Shown: one piece after another, positions 36,655 through 50,823 of the stretch
Layout: every line of letters begins with the position of its first letter
How positions within the stretch are numbered: position 1 is the first letter of the stretch
Assembly: GCA_052327205.1 (NCBI GenBank)
Contig: CM126203.1
Coordinates: 54,932,001 to 54,996,000, forward strand
DNA from: Somniosus microcephalus
Lineage: Eukaryota
Direction: 5' to 3'
DNA length: 64,000 nt
Translations under genes and position numbers: made by a program
Notes under the pieces: generated by a model
The model's input: the letters and a program-made list of their open reading frames with translations, nothing else
Databases searched by the model: none
What the model was told of the DNA's origin: nothing

Positions 36655-39224
36655 AGGCCAGAATTTTGCCGTGCTCAGAGGGCGGGTTTGGAGGCGGGAC
36701 TGCTGTCAAAATCGCAAAGATTGACAGCGGGTAGGAAACCCGCTGTCAACCCGCCTCCACGTGAGTTTCCCAGGTGTTGGGTCTGTCAGCGCAGAACTGA
36801 CCCAACACCAAGCTTGTTAAGAGCCAATTTAAGAGTCTTTTGAGGTTTACTTGTAATGTCACCTTCTCCCCCACTGGTTACCCGCTGTTCGGGGAACATA
36901 CCAGCTCAACCTGGCGTGTTGAGAGTCTGGTCTGATGTTTGTGAAAAGATGACAGCTGCAGAAGTGGTGTCAAGGATGCCATGTTGCACATGGTGAGTTT
37001 CAGAGCAAAGAAAATGTTGGTTACTGCATTTTTAATACATTTACAGATTTCTTTAGCTTACATGTTTTTAAATCTAACTGCATGTCCAGTGCTACCTCAT
37101 TGGGAGAACTTCTCTCACCAGTGACAGATCGCTTCTGTCATCTCACCTGCAGCTGCCATCTATTCCAGCAACATCGGAGCCAATGAAACAATCAGACCGT
37201 GGTCCTCTGAATCATAGAAACATAGAAGATAGGAGCAGGAGTAAGCCACTCGGCCCCTTGAGCCTGCTCTGCCATTCAATGCGATCATGGCTGATCATCC
37301 AAATTCAGTATCCTGTCTCTGCTTTCTCCCCATATCCCTTGATCCCTTTAGCCTTATGAAATATATCCAACTCCTTCTTGAATATATTTAATGAATTGGC
37401 CTCTACTGCCTTCTGTGGTAGAGAATTCCACAGGTTCACCACTCTCTGGGTGAAGAAATTCCTCCTCATCTCTTTCCTAAATGGCTTACCCCTTATCCTT
37501 AGACTGTGACCCCTGGTTCTGGACTCCCCGACCATCGGGAACAGCCTTCCTGCATCTAGTCTGTCCAGTCCTGTCAGAATTTTATAAGTTTCAATGAGAT
37601 TCCCTCTCATTCTTCTAAACTCCAGCGAGTATAAGCCCAATCGACCCAATCTCTCCTCATATGTCATTCCTGCCATCCCAGGTATCAGCCTGGTGAACCT
37701 TCGCTGAACTCCCTCCATGGCAAGAACACCCTTCCTCAGATAAGGTGACCAAAACTGCACACAATACTCAAGATGTACAACTGCAGCAAGACATTCTTGT
37801 TCCTGTACTCAAACCCTCTTGCTACGAAGGCCAACATACCATTTGCCTTCTTAACTGCCTGCTGCACCTGCATGCTAACCTTCAGCGACTGGTGCACAAG
37901 GACACCCAGGCCTCGTTGCACTTCCCCTTCTCCCAATCTATTGCCATTCAGATAATAATCTGCCTTCCTGTTTTTGACACCAAAGTGGATAACCTCGCAT
38001 TTATCCACGTTATATTGCATCTGCCATGCTTCTGCCCAATCACCCAACCTGTCCAAATCATCCTGGAGTTTCTCGGCATCCTCCACACAGCACACATGCC
38101 CACCCAGCTTTGTGTCATCTGCAAACTTGGAGATATTACATTTAGTTCCCTTGTCTAGATCATTAATATATATTGTGAATAGCTGGGGTCCAAGGACCGA
38201 TCCCTGTGGTACCCCACTAGTCACTGCCTGCCACTCGGAAAAAGACCTTCTACAATCATCCCCAACACCAACATCACCAACCTCATCACCAACCTTCGCC
38301 GCCATCACCTGATGCTGCACTGGACACAAGGCATCAGACCCTGACAAAATTGCTGGCCAGGAAGCCAGCGGTAGCACCACCATGACCAGACTTTCTTCAC
38401 TTGATGCTGTAAAGCCTGGCTGCCACATGATGCGCCTGGTTGACACCATCCTACACTAGCACCATGAAGCATCTCTTTAATGTCCAAGCCATTCCATGCA
38501 CACACATCACTATAGCGGGGCGGGCGGGTGGGGGGGGGAACCTATGACTGAACAATCACTGGAACTCAGTAAGACACTTCTCAATGTGCACTCAGATCTG
38601 TCCAATAAGGAGCATTTTTTGAAAAAGAGATTTCACTGTATGACAACACATTACCAGAAACTTCACACGGACATTGGCTAAACCTCTCAAGTGCCTACAT
38701 TTGTGTGTTGTTAGTTGGTATGCTTGCAGTAGAATGAGGGTGAGTGTGAAGCGTGGCTAGTGAGATGGGGAAGTGATAAAGTAGATAGAGAGGGTTGGGT
38801 GGAGGTGCAAGGTAAGTTGGTGTCCTGGGGAGGTCTCTTCCACCCTTGGAAGGGAAGAGAACCTCCCTGCGTACTGTGACTCCCTCCATAAGCATATGGA
38901 GGGAGTCACTGGAGAGCCTGGGTGCAAGAGTTCACCTTTGTGCAGTGATTGTCAGTGTTTTCAGCACCTCAATGCTGTCAAACACTGAGAAATTAACTGT
39001 CAAAATAAAATTGTGCATGGTGCCTTTAAGGAAACCGGCAGATGATGCGTCATCAAATGACGTCATCAGACCTGCTTCCTGTTAATTGGCCGGTAAGCCC
39101 GGGCTTAACAAAGCCAATCAAGGGAAAATCGCGTCTGCAGAGCGGAGGCAGCTGGGGGCAGGACTGGAACCCAGAAACCAGCTGACCCGCCCCCATCCCA
39201 ACACTGCTGAGAAAATCGTGGCCT
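36655..39224. mobile_element. Internally deleted Harbinger element containing a CR1 insertion
   Basis: Ends AGGCCAGAATTTT / AAAATCGTGGCCT; Myb/SANT remnant LMEGVTVRREVLFPS on the minus strand at ~38830-38895, homologous to 56700-56780. Confidence 0.7.
37212..38242 (-). mobile_element. 5'-truncated CR1
   Basis: GVPQGSVLGPQLF, FADDTK and C-terminal ORF 37305-37760; tail CTATGTTTCTATG. Confidence 0.93.
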
Positions 39225-39985
39225 ATGGATCTCTGTCATGGGCTCAACTTCATCAGCTTCAGGGACTCCTTGCTCAACAATGTCCAGACTGTAATCAACA
39301 CTGTAATGGCTGCACCCACTGGTGCTCACTGTATCACATCACTCTGTAGTCCTCCCCAATCAAAAGTTCCTCTCTTCTGACTTAGAAATTCAAATTGAAA
39401 TACTTGCGTTTTTAACCAAAATACACTAGGACCACTGTACTACCAGAATACAGCATTGAATTGACATTTTCGCTGTCGTGGTTTCAGGTCTGTGCAACAA
39501 ATTATTCGTTTTATCACTTGCGTGATGCATGGTTCAATTCTACTGTTGTGAAAATGTCTTATTGAATTAAACTCAGTGTTGGATCCACTAATCTCATCAC
39601 ATAGTAATTTGTAAGATTATATTTTATGTTTGTTAAATCTAGCTTTATTATGTGTAAATGTAGCAATTACAGAAACCATGCTTCCAAAATTATAGCAATA
39701 TACTGTAGTGACAATTTCAGTTACACTCTCTGAAAGGAGGAATTACCTTTTAAAATGTCAGTCTCAATGCTATATTTACAGCTCAGCAACAAAGACAGTC
39801 TTTCATAGCAAGCATCATATAATATAATGGTCCAGATTTTGTATCTTGTGGCGTGCGCCACAGGACGTTTTCCTACATCCTTCAGCTCAAAAATGTTTTG
39901 CCTTGTAAGTTGCTTGAAGTGCGAGCTGATAATGGTGCGGCAAGGGCAACAGGGCATCTGGGACGTTAGTGAATGACAGGACCAA

Positions 39986-40834
39986 GGGCTGGATTTTACC
40001 AGCCCTGAGGAGGTGGGTTTGGAGGCAGGACTGCTGGGAAAATGGGAAAAATTGGGAGCAGATCCCAAGCTCCTCCGAGCCATCTTCCTGGAAGGCGGGT
40101 CCCCAACTCGCACAGGGACCCGTCTTCTAGCGGAAGGGGATTAGAGCCAATTAACTGCCTGTTAACAGGTAGTTAACAGGCAATTAAGAGGCTTTCCCCA
40201 CTTTCCGCCTGCTGATGCGGCCTTCCCGACGGCGGGAAACCCCGCCAGGGTCAGTGAGGCAAGCTGTGGGTCTGCTGCAGTGTAAGTGTGCAAATGGCAG
40301 CTGCAGAGGTAGTGTGATGGGTGCAATGGTGCACAGGTAAGTATGACAGGTGAGAGAATGTAGTGAGAAATATTTTTATTCTGTTTATATGTATCTGCAG
40401 GTAACAAGATTTGATGTTTCTGGGAAGCCTCATCTGATCGGGAGAATTGACAGATGGTTTCTGCAATCTCACATGCAGCTGCCATCTGTTTTCTCCTAAG
40501 GAGAGAGTCATTGGTGAGCCTGGGTGCAAGGGCTCACCTTTGGACAGTGATTGTCAGTGTTTGAAAGCACCTCAGTGCTGTCAAACACAGTCAAATCACC
40601 TGTCAAAAAATTCTGGGGCCTGTCACTTTAACAAAACTGGCAGATGAAGCATCATGCACTGACGTCATCTAACACCGGCTTTCCCTTAATTGGCCGGCAA
40701 GCTTGCAGGGTGGGCTTAACAAGGCCAATCAGGGGAAAATAGCATCAGGTCATCAGACGTCGTTGGGGCGGGACTAGAACCCGGAAACCAGCAGTCCTGC
40801 CTCCAACGCACCTCCTCATGTAAGATCCCGGCCC
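39986..40834. mobile_element. Harbinger-derived non-autonomous element
   Basis: Imperfect TIR GGGCTGGATTTT / AAGATCCCGGCCC; termini homologous to 950-1794 and 36655-39224. Confidence 0.7.
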
Positions 40835-40869
40835 AAGAATCTATCTCCTTAACCAATGAGATTTAAGGA

Positions 40870-42006
40870 TTCAGAGGGGGCTTGACTGGATAGATGCTGA
40901 GAAGTTGTTTCCCCTGGCTGGAGAGTCTAGGGGCTGGATTTTGTCAATGGGGACGTGTTGGAGGTGGGACTCCCACGCTATTTTCCCTTGACTGACCTTG
41001 TTAAGCCCACCCAGCGGGCTCAGCAGGCCAATTAAGGGACACCTGGTTACTGGTGACGTCAGTGATTGACATTTCACCTGTCAAAAGCTTTTGACAGATG
41101 AAAAATCAGCATTTTTTTAGCTCTGTGAAGCTGTCAAACACTGACACTCTGTCTTCTAACTGGAGTCCTTCTACTCAGACTCAGTTAGAGAGCTCTCCAG
41201 ACCAGAAAGCAGAGGCTGCAGCTTTTGACATTTCAGCGGCTATTCTGCTTTCTGTGCCGGTGAACTGAGGGACTCGTGAGAACTGAAGGAAGGAAGCCTG
41301 CAGGAGAAAGTAAAGGTAAGTAAAATTTATTAAAACACTTTACACTTAGCTCACACACTTACCTCTGCACACATGCACACATCACTCACCTGCACAACGG
41401 ACATCTCGACCCCTCTAACCCCTTCAGACCGACGGTCCGCCTCGCTAACTTGGCGTGGTTCGGAGCTGTCGGGAAGCCCACACTTTAGGGCTAAAAATAT
41501 GGATTAGGCAAAAAACTGCCTGTTAACTAACTGGTAACAGGCAGTTAATTGGCACTAATCTCCTTCCCGCCTCGGGGAGGCGGCTCCCAGCACAGGTCGG
41601 ATACCCGCCTCCTGGGACATTGACACGGAGGCGGGTTCCTGCCCCCTGATTCTGCAATTTTCCCACCACTCCCGCCTCCAAGGGGCTTGGAAATTCGAGC
41701 CCTAGAACTATGGGGCATAGTCTCAGGATAAGGGATCAGCCATTCAATACTGAGATGAGGAGGAATTTCTTCACTCAGAGGGTTGTGAATCTTTGGAACT
41801 CTCTACCACAAGGGCTGTGGATGCTGAATGATTGAGTGTATTCAAGGCTGAGACAGATAGATTTTTTGACTCCAGGGGAATCAAGGGATATGGAGATCGG
41901 GCGGGAAAGTGGAGTTGAGATTGAAAATCAGCCATGATCTTATAGAATGGCAGAGCAGGCTCGAGAGGCCAGATGGCCTACTCCTGCTCCTAATTCTTAA
42001 GTTCTT
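40870..42006 (+). mobile_element. CR1 3' fragment split by a MITE
   Basis: GAGAGTCTAG|AACTATGGGGCATAGTCTC rejoins after removing 40931-41705; CR1 hairpin tail. Confidence 0.85.
40931..41702. mobile_element. Harbinger-type MITE, same family as 950-1794
   Basis: TIR GGGCTGGATTT / AAATTCGAGCCC; perfect TAG TSD (40928-40930, 41703-41705). Confidence 0.9.
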
Positions 42007-43332
42007 AAATCAGGTACAGAAAGAGAAATAACAAGAGGGAAAGAAAGATTGGATTAAGGGAGAGAGAGAGAAAACAGAACAAAGGAAAAGAAAGAAAAAA
42101 ATAAAAAACATAAAAATTCAAAATCCTAAAAATCTTGAAAAAGAATTTACTACATGCAGAAATGAGTCTCAACAGTTTAAAACATTCCCTTTCTGGACCG
42201 GAGAGGTTGATTGTCTTTGCATTAACAATTATCACATTGTTAAAAGGGTAGTTACGCTGTTAAGTACCAGCTCTAACTTTCTGCAGTAATTTGAATTTGA
42301 GTTTAATGTGCACATCTAGCAAGTTCTTAAAAATAACAGGGAGGTTGAGGGCAAGCTACTGTTTTCACAAAGCTAATGGCAGAGTGGCATTCATCCTCCA
42401 GCAATTTGTGCTACTTCACAATTCATGGGGTATCATTTCCTCACCACAAGTTGCTGGACGATTTAGACATTAATAATGGCGAGCACCATTAAACTCACCA
42501 TAATTTTATTAGCAAATTCTGGGCCAATGTCCTCTCACCAACTATTGCTGTAGCTAATGCAAATACCCCAAACAAAGGAACATTATACGGTATTTTGTAT
42601 CACATAATCATTGCACTAATATTCAATATATGTGAAGACTAACTTCCAAATTCCTAAACTGCAGGGACAAAGACAAAGAGATAAAGATTTATCTCTGTCA
42701 TAGGTAAAAATAGTAGTTTTAATGGGTAATGCTTTCAGGGGACGTGAACAAAATGCAACAACAATGTATTTGCAGAGTAGTAAATGCTCTATTAATGTGG
42801 TGTTAACGTGACAGAATAAATTACATGTCGGATAATTCATGGGTGGCAGTGATCTGCAAGACAGTAATTCAATCATGCACATCTCAACAACATAAATCGC
42901 AGTTCTCAAACGTCAGCGAGAACTGCAAGACTGATTTACTGCCATAAGTTAACTGTCAGCTGGTATTTCTAATATATATCTACTATGTATTAAATTCAGT
43001 ACATAGGATGCGTTTTTCATTGAAAACTCATTATAAATACCTACAGTTTCTGCTAGTTCTGTAGATGGTGCTTTGATAGATATTTTCAATGTTAAAGGTG
43101 TCACTCAATAGCTGCTATTTTACAGTTCGAGTATATTACACTCCAATTCCCTCAAAACGATTTCTGAACACTTTTTCATCTGCCATTCTTCTTACTAACT
43201 GAAATTTCTAATTTCCAAAATAAAATTTAAAATAGCTCAAAAAAATTACATATTTCACAATATGATTAAATTTATCTACTGAATTGTCTTTTGTGTCTAT
43301 TAACATGTTCATTAAAGTTTTTACTTGGTAAC

Positions 43333-43516
43333 CTATGGCTCTCCCAAAGCTTTGGCCTCGGTCTTGATATTTATGACAGAGCTGTGACTCAGATGAATTT
43401 GGATTGTGCAGTTTGAGAATATGCAGGATGCATCAGTATAATTCAGTGAACGGTACTGCTGAGATATTTTCTGTACCTCCGACCATATTTTGCTCAATAG
43501 CTTTTCTTCAAATAAT
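43333..43516 (-). CDS. Candidate terminal coding exon of an unidentified host gene
   Basis: T8-CAAG acceptor, then 60 open codons LFEEKLLSKIWSEVQKISQQYRSLNYTDASCIFSNCTIQIHLSHSSVINIKTEAKALGEP* in AT-rich, non-repeat-looking DNA; no homolog recognised. Confidence 0.3.
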
Positions 43517-45932
43517 CTTGAAAAAAAAGTATTTATTTAAAGAGAGGCTGCGTGCATCTGAATGAATGAGTGAATGAGAGAAAAAGAAAATGAGACACAA
43601 TAGAGTGTGCTTTCTTCATGTAAAGTTATTTCAATTTTCATAGAAAAGTTTAATTTTGAAGCCAACTAATTATCTCCACCCAACAGTTAGAAAAGCTTAA
43701 TGCTAATCACATTCACCAGTGAGTCAGAGTTTCTAATTTCTAAAATGAATTCTAATTTCTGATAGAGAGGGAAAGAAAAAGACAGAGAAATACACAAATA
43801 GAAGAGCAGAGAGAAATACACAAACAGAGAGAAGAGCAGACGGCAATTTTTTCCTCATTCTAATTTGATTTCTTTTTCAGGGAAAGAGATATGAAGGGAG
43901 GGTGGAGAAAGAGAGAGGGGAGGATTGAAACTGGTTGACGGTGAGGGGATCTCTGGCCTCTTATCACCCGAATGAGTGGGAGTGGAGGAGAGTGGATGAA
44001 GTGTTAAAGATCAGGTGAGTGACAGCAGAGCAAGGGGGAAGTGTGGCAACAGAGGAAGAAGTATGGGTTGCGATAGGAGTGAGAGAATGGTAGGAAGGTA
44101 AGTAAGTTATGGGAAGGTGAAGGAGTAGGGGACATGATGGGATTGAGGGGTAGTACAAGTAATTGATGTAGAGAGAACATAAGAACATAAGAAATAGGAG
44201 CAGGAGTAGGCCAATCGGCCCCTCGAGCCTGCTCCGCCATTCAATAAGATCATGGCTGATCTGATCCTAACCGCCAATCTACTATCACAGAACTATCTCC
44301 TGAATCTAACAGAATTAGACACATGAAATAGGAGCAGGATCAGGCTACACGGCCCCTGGGCCCGCTCCGCTGGCCACAGGGCCATGACCGATCCGAACCT
44401 AGACTCATGTCCAAATTCCTGCCCGCTCCCCGTAACCCTTAATTCCCTTTACTTCTAGGAAACTGTCTATTTCTGTTTTAAATTTATGTAATGATGTAGC
44501 TTCTACAGCTTTTTGGGGCAGCATATTCCATGGACCTACCACCCTCTGAGTGAAGTAGTTCCTCCTCATCTCAGTTTTGAAAGAGCAGCCCTTTATTCTA
44601 AGACTATGCCCCCTAGTTCTAGTTTCACCCATCATCGGGAACATCCTCCCCGCATCCACCCGATCCAACCCCTTCACAATCTTATATGTTTCAATAAGAT
44701 CGCCTCTCATTCTTCTGAACTCCAATGAGTAGAGTCCCAATCTACTCAACCTCTCCTCATATGTCCATCCCCTCATCCCCGGGATTAACCGAGTGAACCT
44801 TCTTTGTACTGACTCGAGAGCAAGTATGTCTTTTCTTAAGTATGGACACCAAAACTGTATGCAGTATTCCAGGTGCGGTCTCACCAATACCTTGTACAAC
44901 TGAAGCAATACCTCCCTATTTTTATATTCTATCCCCCTAGCAATGAAAGCCAACATTCCATTGGCCTTCTTAATCACTTGCTGCACCTGCATAACTTTTT
45001 GAGTTTCGTGCACCAGGACCCCCAGATCCCTTTGTACTACAGTACTTTCCAGTTTCTTGCCATTAAGATAATAACTTGCTCTACGATTTTTCCTGCCAAA
45101 GTGCATAACCTCACACTTTCCAGTATTGTATTCCATCTGCCAAATCTCTGGCCATTTTTTATGTCCTCCTCACTCACTACTTTCCCTCCCATCTTAGTAT
45201 CATCTGCAAACTTTGATATGTTACACTTGGTCCCCTCCTCCAAATCGTTAATATAGATTGTAAAGAGTTGGGGACCCAGCACAGACCCCTGCGGAACACC
45301 ACTAGTTACTGATTGCCAGTCTGAGAATGAACCATTTATCCCAACTCTCTGCCTTCTGTTAGACAGGCAATCCTCTATCCATGCCAGAATATTACCCCCA
45401 ATCCCGTGATTTTTTATCTTAAGCAATAATCTTTTGTGTGGCACCTTGTCAAATGCCTTTTGGAAGTCTAAATACACTACGTCCATTGGTTCCCCTTTAT
45501 CCACCCTATATGTTACTTCCTCAAAGAACTTCAGCAAATTTGTCAAACATGACTTCCCCTTCATAAAACCATGCTGACTTTGTCCTATTAAATTATGATT
45601 ATCCCAATGTCCTGTTACTGTCTCCTTAATAATGGACTCCAACATTTTACCTACCACAGATGTTAGGCTAACCGGTCTATAGTTTCCAGCCTTCTGTCGA
45701 CTGCCCTTTTTAAATAAGGGTGTTACATTAGCAGTTTTCCAGTCTGCCGGGACCTTTTCTGAGTCCAGGGAGTTTTCACAGAATCACAGAAATCCCGCAG
45801 TGCAGATAGAGGCCATTTAGGCCCATCGAGCCTGCACTGACACATATCCCACCCGATCCCCGTAACCCCTACACCAACACATATCCCACCCTATCCCCGT
45901 GACCCCACGTATTTAATCCCCCTAACACTAAG

Positions 45933-48900
45933 TGTAGTGTCCATGTGTAGATAAAGACACTGAAGACAGGAGTTGGTTCATAGGTATTTACTAAGCAAGT
46001 CTGGGGGGGGTTTGTAAAGGATATACACAATACACAGGCTTATATAGCCCAAGTGGCAATTACCGGCATTACGCACACCTGGGGCTCTTAAAGGCACATA
46101 CACCATAATTGCTCTTAAAGGCACATACACCACAATTCCTCCCCTTCTAGCTAACTAGTACATCATATTTTAAGTAATTATTAATTACATGTTATATGCA
46201 AAATAATATACATTGCTGTATTAATTAATTATAAGTTAGTCTCTCAGGAGGCTTCCTGACTCGGTCCGGATAACGCCTCGGGGGTGTAGTAGTTTCTGGT
46301 GGTGTAGTAGGTTCTTCTGGCAAGGCTGATTCGGCTTGAAGGCCAGTGTCGGGTTAATCGGGCTCCAGTATCACCGGATCGGAGGTAGATATGGGTATCT
46401 CTACTTCATCGTTAGATGTATAGAGTGGTGGTGTAGGTTGTCCCTTTTCGGATGACTTGATGATTTGGTCAGCATGGCGCCTTATTATGCTGTCTCCGAT
46501 GTCCACGGTATACATCAGTGGTCCTAATCATGTGCAGATAGTTCCAGGCTGCCATTTCTCGGTACGGTAGTCCCGGGCCAAAACCGGTTGGCCTATCTGG
46601 AAGGCCCTAGTTGGCCTTTCATTCATGCCCTGAAACTGCCGGTTCTCCACGTCCCTTCGGATGTTGGGCTTGACCAAATCCAGCCGGCATCTTAGATTTC
46701 TATTGTAGAACATCATGGCGGGAGTTTGGTTAGTAACCATATGCGTTGCATTCCTATATGCAAATAAGAAGTTATCCACCTTGTGCTGAAGTTTTATGTC
46801 TTCATTACCCATGGCCTTGATGGCCTTCTTGAAGGTCTGGACAAACCTTTCAGCCAATCCATTGGTGGCGGGATGGTATGGGGCGGACGTGTAGTGCTTT
46901 ACCCCATTGTTCTTTAAGAACTTTCTGAATTCTTCGGACACAAATTGCGGTCCATTATCAGAACATATCTGCTCCGGCAGCCCATTCCTGGCAAATATGT
47001 TTTTTTCCGTGGTGGTGGAGGACATCTTTATTACCTCCGGCCACTTGGAGTGTGCATCAACTGCGATTAAGAACATTGAGTCCATAATTGGACCAGCAAA
47101 GTCGATGTGCACCCTTTGCCAGGGAGATGAGGGCCACTCCCATGGATGTAGAGGGGCCTGTGGCGGAGCATTTTGGACCTTCTGGCATCCTAGGCAGCTC
47201 TTGGTCATGTCTTCGATGTCTCCATCGATACCTGGCCACCATACAAACGCCCTAGCTAGGTTCTTCATTTTCACTCCACCCAGATGCCCCTCGTGAAGCT
47301 CCTTTAGCACTTTATCCTGGAGTTTGGGTGGAATCACCACTCTGGATCCACACATCAAGGTTCCTCGGCACACTGACAGCTGTTCTCTTCTTTGCGAGAA
47401 TGCTGGCAACAGTGGTTCGCCATGTGCTGGCCATCCCTTCACTGTTAAATCGTAGACCCGTGAGAGAGTAGGGTCATTTCTTGTCTCCCTTTCAATGGCA
47501 GAATTTGTCACCGGTAGACATTCCACTATGGTAGAGTGGAATATCTCTACTGGGTCTACTGTAGGTGCCTCTTCTATCATTGGCAATGGTAGGCGTGATA
47601 AACCGTCAGCATTCCCATGCTGTTTTGACCCTTTGTATTCAATGTTGTATTGGTGTGCCCCTAGAAAAAGGGACCACCTCTGTAGTCTTTGTGCCGTCAT
47701 AATGGGGACACCTTTTTTAGGGTTGAATATGGAGATGAGGGGTTGATGGTCAGTCAGCAAGGTAAATTTTTGTCCGTGTAGGTAATGGTTGAATTTCTTC
47801 ACTCCCCATACCAGGCTGAGTGCTTCCCTGTCTATCTGGGCATAGTTACACTCAGCTGAGTTCAATGAGCGTGACGCAAAAGCTATCGGCCGTTCCGAGC
47901 CATCAGGGAATCTATGGGGCAATACCGCTCCTATGCCATAAGGGGATGCATCGCACGCCAGTCTGATTGGTAGTGATGGGTTGTAATGAGCCAAAATTTT
48001 CTCGGATGTGATTAAGTCTTTACATTTATGGAAGGCACGTTTACAGTCTTCGTTCCATTTCCAAATCACTCCTGTCTGTAGAAGATCATTAAGAGGGTGT
48101 AGAATAGTTGATAAGTTCGGTAAAAATTTATGATAGTAATTTATTAATCCCAGGAATGACCTTAATTGTGAAACATTTTCAGGTGCTGGGGCTTTTATAA
48201 CTGCTTCAATTTTTTCAGGTGACTTATGCAACCCTTCCTTATTAATTATGTGGCCACAATATGATATCTGATTTTGGAAAAATTCGCACTTGGGGCGATT
48301 TGCTCGTAGGCCTCGTTCTTTCAGCCTAGTGAGCACCTGCTCCAAATTGGCAAGGTGCTCGTTGTCATTTTCTCCTGTTATAAGGATGTCGTCTAGGTAG
48401 CATTGAGTCCCCGGAATCCCTTGCAGGACTTGCTCCATAGCTCTTTGCCAGATAGCTGGAGCTGATGCTATTCCAAAAACCAGTCGATTGTACTGGTACA
48501 GGCCTTTCTGTGTGTTTATTGTGAGATACTTTTTAGAGGTCTCCTCAACCTCCATCTGTCAATTTTTGTGAAACGTTTCCCTCCGGATAGTGAGGCGAAA
48601 ATATCTTCTATCCTTGGAAGAGGATACTGTACCGTGTGAAGGACCGGGTTTACAGTCACCTTAAAGTCCCCACAGATGCGAATTTTTTTCTGTTCCTCAG
48701 AGTTATTTTTCAATGTTTTTTTCATGACTGGAACGATGGGTGTTGCCCATTCGCTCCAATCTATTTTGGATAATACGCCTGCCTTTTCCAAATTCTTCAG
48801 CTCTGCCTCGACTGCCGGACGTATTGCGTATGGCACCGGTCTTGCCTTAAAAAATTTTGGAATTGCTGTATCTTCCACTTTTATTGAGGCGGTGATGCCT

Positions 48901-50823
48901 TTCAAGGTTCCTAGTTTCTCTTGAAACACTTCTTTGGCGTTGGCCAAGATGTCTTTTAATCGTTCAGGAATGATGTCATCATTGTTTTTTTCCTTACTGG
49001 TTACCGTCAGTGCCTGAATGGAGTGCCAGTCTAAACGTATCTTCCTCATCCATTCACGTCCCAACAACGGTGGACCACCATCTTGTAGAATGTATAAATA
49101 CAACTTTTGTATTTCTTTGCCATTGTATACCACAGGCACCCTTATTTTTCCTTTGGGGTAGACTTTCTGCCCCGTATATGTTTTTAAGATAATGGATGTG
49201 TCTTTTAGAGGTATATGCGAAAATAGCCTCTCGTAATCTCGTCGATTTATTCCGGTAGAGCTGATCCTGTATCTAGCTCCATTTTAACTGGGGACCCTGC
49301 TATTGTGAGGGTAACCCAAATGGTTTGGTAATCCTCTTTGGCAAGTACATTATGAAATTTGAGACAGCTTAGTCTCTTGTTTCCGGAGTCGCTATCGCTA
49401 TTCTGGTCTTCGGAGCTATTGTCCGTCATCATTTGTACCTTCCTGTACTTTTCTTTATTGATTTTTTGTTTTCTGTCAGTGGATTTATTTTGTCCAGATT
49501 GGCATACCCGTGCAATGTGTCCAATCTTACCACATTGCCTGCATGCTTTGCCCTTGAACCAGCAGTCCCTCTGGTTATGGGTGGATCTGCCGCAGCGATA
49601 ACATCTTCCGAACTCCTGTGTCATTTTATGGGTGCCGAAGTCCTGTGTCTCTTGTTGTATCTCTGCAGCTCCTTTTGCTGCTGCTTCGTATGATACAGCC
49701 ATACTGAAAGCTTTGTCCAATGTTAAATCTTTTTCAGAAAGCAGTCTTTTTTGTGTTCCTTCACTTAAGAGACCGCAAACAAATTTGTCTCGAAGATAAT
49801 CCGATAGTCCTGCTCCGAATTGGCAGAACTTTGATAGCTTTCTTAATTCGCTTAGGTAATCAGCGTTACTTTCATTCTTGTGTTGATTTCTCTTGAAGAA
49901 CTTGAATCGTTCCGCTATCAGCAGCGGTGTTGGTTTAAATGCTCCTGCAGGGTATCAACAATTTCTTTAAAAGTCTTGTCCTTTGGTTTGGCTGGAGTGA
50001 TTAAATTTCGTAACAGCCCGTATGTCTTCGCGCCCATTAAGTTCAGAAGTACTGAAGCTTTTTTTTCATCTGTTATTCCATTTGCAGTGCAATAAACCTC
50101 TACTCTTTCCACGTATGTGGTCCAATCTTCTATTTCGCCATCAAAAGCCTCAATATTACCAGATTTAGGCATTTCAGAAAAGATATGGCGCTTCCCGCGC
50201 TTTTTTTCTTTTCTTTTTTTTTCTCTCTCTGTAGCAACGATATGGCGCTTCCCGCGCTTTCCCGCCGCTGCTACCAATAACAACGCTGTTTTACTGTGGT
50301 TTCCGTTTATTCACTGTTGGAGACTCGTTCCCGACGGAGGTCTAAACGCTGACCTGCTTGCCGCGCCGGCCGTCTCTCGAGTGCACCCTCCCAGTCCGTT
50401 ATTGCTTGCCTCCGATTTCGCTGCCTGTCTCAGCTGTAGAGCCCGCCGCTGGAGCTCCAGCCTGACGCCCAGGAAGGATTAGCGCAGTACCTGTCACCAG
50501 CTTGGCCAGCTGGTGAAACCACAGTTTCTCTTACTTCCTTGAGTCTTCTGGACGCTGGAGGAATCGATGTCCTTGAGGTGCTGCCGAATTGCAGGTAAGT
50601 CCGTTTCCACTTCGTCGCCACTGTAGTGTCCGTGTGTAGATAAAGACACTGAAGACAGGAGTTGGTTCATAGGTATTTACTAAGCAAGTCTGGGGGGGGT
50701 TTCTAAAGGATATACACAATACACAGGCTTATATAGCCCAAGTGGCAATTACCGGCATTACGCACACCTGGGGCTCTTAAAGGCACATACACCATAATTG
50801 CTCTTAAAGGCACATACACCACA
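45933..50823 (-). mobile_element. Ty3/Gypsy LTR retrotransposon C, full length, close relative of A
   Basis: 202-bp LTRs 45933-46134 and 50622-50823 (about 2 mismatches); TSD CTAAG; PBS 50612-50620; PPT 46135-46148. Confidence 0.97.
46232..50172 (-). pseudogene. gag-pol: gag-pol of Gypsy C, frameshifted
   Basis: ORFs 49918-50172 (gag), 49247-49720 (CCHC, ELDTGS), 48516-49139 and 46528-48555 (RT, RNase H, IN). Confidence 0.93.

Larger units (their letters stand above)
39829..42525. mobile_element. Harbinger-type MITE hosting nested insertions
   Basis: TIR GGTCCAGATTTTG / CAAATTCTGGGCC; AAT flanks both ends. Confidence 0.7.
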
